From NCBI GenBank assembly GCA_002633005.1, contig NMRA01000109.1:282252-346251 (forward strand): a stretch of DNA of 64,000 bases, read 5' to 3'. The stretch is from Phoronis australis (Eukaryota; Animalia; Phoronida). Below, piece by piece: positions 13,091 through 22,460 of the stretch. The notes beneath the pieces were generated by a model, which did no database searches, was not told the DNA's origin, and saw only the letters and a list, made by a program, of their open reading frames with translations. The position numbers and the translations under genes were made by a program. The first letter of the stretch is position 1. Every line of letters begins with the position of its first letter.

Positions 13091-13597
13091 ATAATGATTT
13101 AGTTCATACACTCGAGGTACCACAAGTATAACACAAACATATGGTTAAATAAAGTTACCAAATACAAAATACTGTCCGGGCTCTGGCTGCAAGAAACACG
13201 CAAGAACTTCAAAACACGTCATGCTGCTGAAAATTTGTACCCTATATCCAGGATCCGTGTTAAAGGCGAAGGCAACGTTTTTCCATGTCATTTTGAGCTA
13301 AAATAAGGTGGGTTGGTTATCCTAGACATATTTTCCATTTAATTACAGCTTTTCGTAATTTTATTAATTACTCGTCCGCTACTCCGGAAGTGACGTTTTA
13401 GGAGGCAAGCGTTTTCCGCCACTTGGTTTTGCGTTGACTTTACCGTGCGAATCTGTTCTATTCTACTTTTGTTTTGTGCTGTTTTTCAACAATTGTCGCC
13501 ACCACTTTCCATCGGCGAGTATTCTGTGGCAAGATAGGTTAGTACAGAACTCAACTACGTTGGATTTAGGGATTGTTTAGTGTGTTGTAAGCTGAAA

Positions 13598-13993
13598 ATG
13601 GCTGGAGTCGGTGACCCGTATCGCAGTGACAGTAGTGTGAGTGACGGAGACCAAGTTCACAGCAGTGGTGACGAGGAATTTTTTCACGGACATTCAGTGG
13701 GTGGGTACATGTTTGAGCCCGAGTATAACGAGGCAGAGTACGCACAGGCACAGGCAGCTGTTGAGAGAAACGAGGCGGCTACTGAGGACAGACGTTGTGA
13801 CACATCTTGGTGCAAATGCACTGTGTGCGTTGTTATGCCTACCTCAATGGAATGCTTGTGCTGTTCAGAGTTCGACGAGGCCAAGCCACTACTGGACATG
13901 GTTAAGTGGACCTCCGGCATACCACGGACAGAGGAACAACTGTCCCACTTGCCAGAGTGTCCCGCGACACACTCCCACTGGATGGTGACCTGA
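13598..13993 (+). CDS. KolX-like protein (P2X7 C-terminal ballast/nanor-like Zn-binding domain), truncated
   Basis: ATG in AAAATGG context; GYMFEPEY..RRCDTSWCKCTVCVVMPTSMECLCCSE matches the YxFEP and WCxCxxCxxMxxxxExxCCxE motifs. Homology ends at ~13903. Confidence 0.8.
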   Translation: MAGVGDPYRSDSSVSDGDQVHSSGDEEFFHGHSVGGYMFEPEYNEAEYAQAQAAVERNEAATEDRRCDTSWCKCTVCVVMPTSMECLCCSEFDEAKPLLDMVKWTSGIPRTEEQLSHLPECPATHSHWMVT

Positions 13994-14691
13994 GCACCCA
14001 AACTGCTTACATCGTGTCGTGTGACTCCCTCGCCACACACCTGGCACCTTCTAAATAGCTCCAACACTTTAGACAAGTCCACAATAAACTTATCAAAGTT
14101 TGGCTCACCGATCTGTTCACTGGACGACGAACTGTCCTCTTCACTGGGTGTCGAACTGAGCCTGTAATCACTCCCACTACTCAATATCGCTGCAGGGCTG
14201 CTTAGAGGCTCTGGGCTGGAGAAAACAGCACAGGGCGAATCACTACTGGTTCCAGGAATTGCACGCTCTGGGGTACGTTCGGAGGCACGGGTGACAGTAG
14301 ATGAAGTGCCTCCACTGGCTCCAGTCACTGTACTGGCCACAGCTCGCGAGGCTTCTCGCTTCAAAAACGCACTTCTCGGGGGTGGCGACGGGGCACTGCC
14401 GGGAATCAACACAGACGGAATGGCATCCTTCTTCAGGCGTTGTTTCGCAGGGACCTTCATCAGTTCAGCGTACAAATCCCTTTCGTAATCGGACGGCAGA
14501 AAGTGCTTGCCACACACACGGTAATTCTCCACTGCTTTGTACGTTGCGTGGACGGGTAACGCTGCGTTCTTCACACGAACGAGCCAAGTACGGCGAAGTG
14601 TGTCATCCATCGGAAAGCGATGCAAAGGCACTCCCAAAGCGCGCGTGAGCCGATAATTACTACATCCCGGTACGCAGCAACAGTGTGGCAT
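13684..14691 (-). CDS. THAP-domain protein: truncated Kolobok transposase (335 aa, no catalytic core, chimeric tail)
   Basis: MPHCCCVPGCSN..LHRFP..RRTWL..RVCGKHFLPSDY..LKKDAIPSV is a complete THAP C2CH signature. A Ser-rich linker and KFIVDLSKVLELFRRCQVCG..WECVAGHSGKWDS follow. After ~13903 the frame continues through KolX antisense. Expression unknown. Confidence 0.8.
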   Translation of the reverse strand: MPHCCCVPGCSNYRLTRALGVPLHRFPMDDTLRRTWLVRVKNAALPVHATYKAVENYRVCGKHFLPSDYERDLYAELMKVPAKQRLKKDAIPSVLIPGSAPSPPPRSAFLKREASRAVASTVTGASGGTSSTVTRASERTPERAIPGTSSDSPCAVFSSPEPLSSPAAILSSGSDYRLSSTPSEEDSSSSSEQIGEPNFDKFIVDLSKVLELFRRCQVCGEGVTRHDVSSLGAQVTIQWECVAGHSGKWDSCSSVRGMPEVHLTMSSSGLASSNSEQHKHSIEVGITTHTVHLHQDVSQRLSSVAASFLSTAACACAYSASLYSGSNMYPPTECP

Positions 14692-16908
14692 GTTGACTGA
14701 CTAGTAAATGAAAGCGAACGACGACGGAACTTAACACAACCGAGGTAGAACAATGACTGACTCGGCAGCTCTCACAGTCAGACTATGTGAAAAGAAATTG
14801 GCGGGAAGCGCTTGCCTCCTAAAACGTCACTTCCGGAAAAGCGGACGAATAATTAATAAAATTACGAAAAGCTGTAATTAAGTGAAAAATATGTCTAGGA
14901 TAACCAACCAACCTTATTTTAGCTCAAAATGACATGGAAAAAGGTTGCCTTCGCCTTTAAGACTGCATGGCGATATTTGTTGCATTTACGTAAAGTAATG
15001 TTTTGGCAGACCGTTTTGTGTTTACTGAGCAACCTGCTTCAGCTGTAACTTTGGCTCTTTGAGATTAATTCGAACATGTTTGAAGGCAACGAAAAAGAGA
15101 GAAACAGAGAGAGAGAGCGAGAGGGAGAGGGAGAGGGAGAGAGACAGATTGTTTATATGTACTTGGAGCTAATATCATTTGTACATGTTACATTGCAATG
15201 GTTGGCATAGAGGTCAATTTCATGACCAAATGCTCAATACATTTACACATGTTTAAAAGGTCGCTGGAGTTTGTTTTGAAAAGATATTTGGAGTTTCCGA
15301 AATCGATTCTTTTAAAAAATTATCTAACATCCTTTAGTACAGGAAAGTTAAGTGACAAATGTATTTGTGTTTCCAGTTTCTCAAGAGTTGCGGATTTTGC
15401 AAATCCTCTCCTCCTTTGAAATTTCATGGTGCCTACCAGTTTTTTTAGTTGGTGTCCAGAGCATCTGACTTTGGCTAGTATTCTACATACAGTTGCTGGT
15501 AGACAATAAACATAATTTTCACAAGATTAATCTGGTTTGATGATAAACTAACATGAAAACTTGCTGGAGGTCTGCGCTGAGATCCTCCATTCCATAAATA
15601 TTTACTTTCATATGACTAAATCAATATTTTCAGGGACATCTATCTACACCTCCCCAAACCTGTATCTGAATAAGGTACATGTATCTTTATCTGCACTGGC
15701 CCCATTTGTTCGTCATCTTCAGAGTCTTTCCGCACTACCATATTATCAAATAATTTAAAAGATACATGTGGGGAACTACATTTCACTTAAGTTAAACATG
15801 CTTCTAACATGACAATTGCTTTTCTAGCTTGCATGGCTAATGTTCTGCCATTTTCTTTCCAATTTAATTTGCAAGAAAATGACACACAATGGTACTTGTA
15901 ATAAAATTTCTATAGTAAATTAAACACTTTTCCTGTGATGATGGAGTCCCACTGCGCTTTAAAACGACAAAACTTGCTTTATCAACATTAACGCAAAGAT
16001 TTCAATTCCCAGAGCAATTACGCATGTGTCCGCATTTGGCACAAAGTTGTCTGCAAACACGAATTTACGTCACTGTCGTCACAATTGATACCTCGACCTC
16101 CTTTCTCTTTGATCTCTGCCTCCCGCCCGCTCACAAAACACAGAGTAACCTGACCTCAGTTATATTCAGAGCAAAATACGATTTTACTCTGCATTCTTAC
16201 ACAAAATTTCACTTCGGAAAATAAAACAGACTTGTAAGTTACAGACTGCCAAACACCCTCATAAAATCAACAAAGGCACAATACATTTTCCCACCACGTT
16301 TTGATAAATTTCTGTAGACCAAAGTTCGAACAACAAAATTTTATTGACGGTCGAATAACCCACCCTAAATCGGGCTTGTTCTTAAGGGTTACGTTGCACT
16401 GCACTAGACCCCTTAATTAGCCATTTTGAACATTGATGGAAACTACTTGCTCATGATCTCCTTTCTTGTAGATAGGAATGATTATACTCATTTTCCATTT
16501 CTCTAGGAATTTGCCTGTCGCATTACCTTGTTGAGTATTCAGCATAATATTTCAATGATGTCACCAGTCAGTGATCGGAATAATTCGTTTAGAATTCCAT
16601 CTCTACTTGGATTTTATTCATTTTTAAATTTATTTATTACCTGATTGATAAGTTGAACAAGGAATTCATCGCCAAGTATATTGGCACGTTCATTGCATCT
16701 TTCATCATGCTCTCGCATTTCATCCAACAAACTATTAAGTAATAAACTGTTTTCCCCAACAGGCTCAGTGTTCAAAAGATTTTCAAAATAATGATAACGA
16801 TTTTCTAAGAAATTCCGGGATTATAATTGACTTAACGTTTGCCAAGAATTGTCTTAGATCTCCCACTGAATCATTTGTTTGTTATAAAGCTGCATGTAGA
16901 AAACAAAA

Positions 16909-16910
<2 letters not shown>

Positions 16911-16971
<61 letters not shown>

Positions 16972-16972
16972 A
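16911..16972. repeat. (TA)n microsatellite
   Basis: Directly visible. Confidence 0.95.
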
Positions 16973-17953
16973 GTTAATAACTAATCCTATCATCAAATAC
17001 AACACAGGTAAGTGTCAAACACTAAAAGTAACCCAAGCTCTTCTTAACTTGAATGCGAAATGAACATATTTACATGTACATGTTGACCATATAAGGTCTT
17101 ATTCCTCCATAGTCATGAGTCCGTTGAGTTTCGTAACAATGGGATTGTTGTAGCTCCATGCGGGCAAATACCTTTCCCTAAGGTTATCGTAAAAGGGACA
17201 TTCGGTAACAAAATAATATTCTGACTCAACACATGTTCTAACATATTCTATTGTCATTCAAGCAGTAACGACCCATCTCACATCTAGCAGCCCATAAAAC
17301 TGCCGTGCTAAAATTTCTTTACAAAATTTTTGTAGGCTATTTCAATACATTCGCCCATCGGCTGTATTTTACAATCAAATAATTTCAAATTAACTTTAAT
17401 AGGGATTGCATTAAAACCATTGATATTTGTCCTCATTAAAATTACTGCTATAGCAGCCTGTAGTGAGAGCTTTCTGTGCGCAAGACAACGAACCTTTCGT
17501 AGTGAACATTAATCCTAAATGTTTATATGCATTTACAATATTAACAATATTCCCATCATACATCCATTTTTGATACGGTCGTAACATCCCATCTTCGACA
17601 TGTTAAAAATAAATTTCCATTTCTGACAATACTCATATTTATTTTTTATGCAGTCCTCTCACACTATAAGAAAATTAAACCAATTCATCAGCAAACAGCA
17701 GATGCAATAATTCAGCTCATCCCATGGATTATTTTTTCAAAGCCACGGGATTCTAATTCTTGCTCGAGATTGTTTATAAACAAATTAAATAAAAACGGTG
17801 ATAGCTGAGGGCCTTGATTAAAACATTCGGACAATCAAAGAACTACGCATTGCTTCCACCATTCAATCTCACACACGATTTTACTTCAGCGTACATGTAC
17901 ATTGTTTGATTATCTTATACATCTTACCTTCTATGCAATTGTTCTTTAATTTT

Positions 17954-19328
17954 CCATACTGGTCCGGGTTACGGCCCATGCTCGGCTTATCTCCCACCCC
18001 CAATTTTTCACGATCGAGATTTCCGTAAAAGTATCTGTACTTCTGTGAACGTTCATAGCACAAAATTAAGATTCCAAAACTTGCAAAACTCGCTTACCTT
18101 CCTGTGACAATCAATCAGCTTGAACAGAACTGGGACGTTGCCTTACTATGGCTGTAAAATACCCGTATCTTCATGCCCTTTACTGATAGAGACAATAGTT
18201 TCCCTTGGTTCAGGCGCACAACTCGTGTCGACATGTACAGATCACTGAGACAGCGCTTGTCGAATGTACTTCATTTGCTGTAGAAGAACAAACAAAGCAG
18301 GGATATCACGTCCGTGCCCAACCTTTCTGTGATTCCCCGTGATAGTACACGAAACATAACGACCCTGAGCATTGAAACAAGAAAAGACTAATGGTCCATT
18401 TTGACAAGCCAACTTGTCTTGCTGTTCCTGTCTTGGTTAAACGCATGTTTTTAATGACTATCACTCCTGACACCAAAATGGAAGCGCCCATCCAAACGCA
18501 GGAGCGCAAAAATCAATTTGTCATTAACGCAAGTCGAACATTCTGTCCACGCCACACGTATCCAAAAACTTTTTTTATTTTTTGAACTTTTGATTTGGCT
18601 GATGAATTTTTACAAGATGTGTTTTTGCTACATTTTGGCAGCTGACCGAGTACCCCCATTGCCTAAAAGTAGTATCGCCCGATTGTTTAGCACGTGCTTT
18701 GACCAACATCGGTGTTGGCTTTGAACTAAAAAAGAAGTATACAATGTATATAAATTGTTACACTGTTCAAAGTATTCAATAAGAAGACCTGTCAATCATT
18801 AGCATGTGTTTGATGCCTATCCAAGTTCAAAGTATTCAGTAAGAAGACCTTTCAATCATTATCACGTGCTTGGTTGCCTAAGTATCCAGCAGGAATCAAA
18901 TCTTTACACAATCAAGTGGTTCCCTTAAAATACACTTCGAACTAGTGGAGTCGTGTTTGATCTGTCTTTTCTCTCAAGAAACTTGCCCTACTGAACGCAC
19001 GCTTACCTCTAGGAATACCTTAATTCTATGAGATGACCAGCAGCGACCTACAGTAGGTACGTAAAAACCCAATCACGCTCAGGATCACGACGCTGCTATA
19101 TCGTGTGCGCAGACCGTTGAAGTCCGTTCCTTCCATCCCCCGACCTATATTTTAACTGCTACGGTTAAGTCCGACGTCAGTGTAGCTCCGTGACGGTAAA
19201 ATCGGTAAGCAACAACTCCCGACTTTTAAAAAAATTCGCGTTTAACCGCCCATGCTCGGATTACCGCCAACTCCTGTTTTTTAGATTCCCAATTTAAGCG
19301 TCCTGGGTGGTAAAGTGGACGAGTACGG
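17954..19328. mobile_element. Non-autonomous Tc2/pogo-like TIR element (CCGTA termini, TA target) inserted in the LINE RT
   Basis: Right end ...GGACGAGTACGG|TA; degenerate left end CCATACTGGTCC; subterminal GCCCATGCTCGG repeats. Removing it restores the frame DFKAAFDGIYGGALYF-KLKNNCIEGKMYKII. Confidence 0.75.
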
Positions 19329-19994
19329 TAAAATATAATGCACCTCCATATATACCGTCAAAAGCGGCTTTAAAATCCACGAAAGCACAATAGAATCTAC
19401 CTTTCTCTCGTGACAAGTATTTAGTTATTAATGTATATAAAGCAAACATGTGATCCACCGTACTATGCGCTTTCCTAAACGCAGCTTGAGACATACTAAT
19501 TACGTTTTCTATTTCCGATCATTTTTGAAGTCAATGAATATTTTGGCTGTGACTTGCATAAGGGAAATTTCTCTGAAATTTTAAGGAATTTTGGCACCGC
19601 CCTTAAATATCGGTACCATGAGGGATTTTGTCCATTCGTTTGGAAACACCCCATTTTCAAAAAAATGTAGTTGAAAAGATGAAACAGCGAATCTACCAAC
19701 TTATATCAGCAAACTTTTAGAACCCAATGCTAATTTTATCACAGCCTGGCGAAGTTCCGTCTTTCATACTACCGATAGTTTGTATAATTTCGTCTTTTAT
19801 GATCTCAGCGTCCAGCTCCATATCAACACATGCATTACTTGAATTGCTGTCATTTTCAACTGAGTTCTCAAAGAACGCATGAAACTGAGTGAACTCCAGA
19901 TTAGTGACAAATACATTATATATGTCATCATAAGAGAAGACGGTGAAACTCATGACCACATGTCGTGTGATAACGATTAGGTTTTTGGCCGAGG

Positions 19995-20662
19995 CCTTAG
20001 AATACCAATATGGAACTCACAGTATCAGGAATCAAGTTGAAACAGAATAGTCCACATACATGTATGCACGATCTGATGAACGAGCTTATGGAAAGTGATA
20101 TTATAGGAATCACCTGGACAAAATAAAACGGCCAGTTTAAACATGCAGTTGACGGTTTTTTAGCATTTGAAAATCCCAGAGCTAAAAGGGCATATTACAA
20201 TAGATATTCAAGAGTTTGGGTCTTTGTTAAAGCAGCATTATACAAATCAGTCATCAACACATTATCTGAGATTCCTGACATGATAAGAATTGTTTATGAT
20301 GGTCTTGACGTACTATATATGTTGCTCCAAAATCATCTACTGTTCATAGAAAAGAATTTCAGTGCAGTATTTTGAAGCTAGAATAAAATATCAGTAATAT
20401 CCAAGGTACTTTAATGCGAGAGGTGCATATAATACTGACTGACAGGACTTGCTCATGATATCATGACATGTAGTGAGCATGGTATGTATGATTTTAACGT
20501 TTTTGATAGTACTAGGTATTCACTTTATGGTAATGTTAATGATTTTGGGAGAAAATTTGTGCAATTATGTAACACGTTTGGCATTCACATAGTAAATGGT
20601 TAATATGAGAATGACAGCTCTGGTATGCTCAAATTCTCAAGGTGGTGCAGTTTTTGATTATC
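19995..20662 (+). pseudogene. LINE APE-type endonuclease domain remnant, opposite orientation to the adjacent RT
   Basis: Plus-strand fragments SDIIGI..W, VDGFLAFENPR..VWVFVK, YVAPKSS, FNAR, NVNDFGRKFVQLCNTFGIHIVNG, NSQGGAVFDY. Confidence 0.75.
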
Positions 20663-22346
20663 GGAATTCAGGCTGCACACTTTTGTTTCAGAAATGGCAT
20701 GTTATGAAATTTTCATTTAATCTTTGAGACTGCGTTCATTGGAATCAAAATTGTATATGGAATGTCAAGTTAAATTTTTGTGAGGTATCCTCATTTAGGT
20801 TTTGAGATTTGGCCTGTTGCAATAATAAAGAGAAATGTGGGCTACGGGGAATACATCATTGGTATTGTCGCATCAATTTTGGAAAAAATTACTTAAATGT
20901 GACTTAGGAGCGAGAAAGTTAATTATTGCTAACTCGTGTATTTAATCACTGAACATCATATAAAAAGATTCACACTTGTGTATGCTTCACAAGGCGTGAG
21001 TAAACCAATAAGACATAGAGATCGTACTCAAAGCCTAACTTCAGCGGATTTTTTTATTTTAGATGTATTGGGCTAATCAGATAGTCCTAGCAAAGCTTTA
21101 GTGAAATATGAATACGCGAGTTCTATCACGCAAATGTAAGCTCGTCACCATTGCGTGGGGGTGTTATTCACAGCTGTTTAAATTAAGCGGCGAATCTCGC
21201 AGTAACGTAGACAAAAGCAAGCCAACACGCCAAACAGTTCGTTTCATTTGGCAATTTATGGCACTTGTGGGCTCAGAGCGATGCTATTACCATACTGTAG
21301 GAGCCAAATTTACAGGTACAATGGTTGAAGATGGGCTTTAATCCTTAGACATACTCAACACTTAACTATCGTCAGACTGAGTCAAATCACTGTCAAAAGG
21401 AAGGAATGCCTAATCCAATTGACTACCATCAAGGAAACACGGGAAAACATGTTTTATCTTCAGTAAACATTGTATGCAATTCTCACAAAGCACAGATATC
21501 ATAAATGGGGCTACGAAGAACACAAAATATGCAGATACCTGTTTATAAGTGGATGAATACTTGAGCAGTGAAACAGAACTCATTTACTTGTTAATTCAAA
21601 CACTTCTGAATGATCAAAGAACATTCCAGTTTTATTAATAATGAGTTTAACCCTAAAAAGTAATTTGAGCTAAGCTTGCTTCAAATCCCACCATCAATAA
21701 AAATGCATTTTTTCTTTTGCATGCGAGTTTATTTGTGTCCATTTCCTCAGTAAATGCACCTAGATACATTTTGTTACAAACCATGTTCTAAAAATTTAAA
21801 TTTGGGGTTATAGAGAATACAGGGTCTACGGAGAATACGAAAGACATTTTTGCTTATGGTCACGGCATTTTTTCACTCAGGATACAAATCTAGATTTTTT
21901 TAATGTTATCCAATAATACTGACAGAACTCCTTCATCTCTGGCAGATATTTGTGTGATGATCTTGTTTTAGCAACGGTACTTCTAACATTTAAGCATTTT
22001 AAAATACGAAAAAAATGTTAGTTATGGCCAAAGTAATCCTTATTGTAGCTGAAAATAGCCAGATATCCATCGTTATTTTGTTTCACTAAATCATTGCATG
22101 TTTTTAATACATATGGCATTTGATTAAATCACACAATTAATTGAGATTTAATGTTTTTTCATGATCTTAACATGTATTTCTTGTTTTTCTTCCAGATTCC
22201 ATTTGGCAGTTCGGGAAGCGAATTGTTGGCTAATACTCTGCCTTGGCCCCCTAACTCAAAGTCCTGGATCTGCCCCTATAATCACCATTGGCTGCAAAGA
22301 AAAGTAAAATGACATCAAAATATAAGAGTGCATTTGCTATGTTGTG

Positions 22347-22350
<4 letters not shown>

Positions 22351-22387
<37 letters not shown>

Positions 22388-22460
22388 TAATAATAACTTT
22401 ATTTATAGAAGATAAAAAAATATGTTAAGTGTAAAACTTATCTACTACATGGTCCTCGAG
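22351..22460 (-). mobile_element. 3' tail of a LINE/SINE ending in AATAAA plus an (ATT)n microsatellite
   Basis: (AAT)n at 22351-22396 immediately followed by CTTTATTT (AATAAAG on the minus strand), a typical CR1/L2-type 3' end. Confidence 0.55.

Larger units (their letters stand above)
13264..14956. mobile_element. Kolobok DNA transposon, 1693-bp internally deleted derivative
   Basis: TTAA TSD (13260-13263, 14957-14960); AGG...CCT termini; 158-bp near-perfect TIRs (13264-13421 and 14799-14956); two convergent ORFs (THAP-transposase head and KolX head). Confidence 0.92.
16440..19960 (-). mobile_element. Non-LTR retrotransposon (LINE) ORF2 RT region, degenerate, interrupted by a nested element
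   Basis: Minus-strand motifs SMKDGTSPGCDKI, QAAFRKAHSTVDHMFAL..FYCAFVDFKAAFD, QGPQLSP..FINNL, LLFADE, and C-terminal ESEYYFVTECPFYDNLRERYLP. A separate pre-RT fragment (IPIYKKGD) lies at ~16440-16870. Confidence 0.85.

Noticed and set aside
13264-14956. piggyBac or P-element assignment for the THAP element
   Set aside because: TTAA TSD with AGG..CCT termini plus a convergent KolX-like gene fits Kolobok. piggyBac ends in CCY and lacks THAP; P has 7-8 bp TSDs.
22196-22233. Strong acceptor TTTTTCTTCCAG as an extra exon of the lectin gene
   Set aside because: The phase-1 frame stops after about 12 codons and the sequence runs into a MITE-like end; no support.
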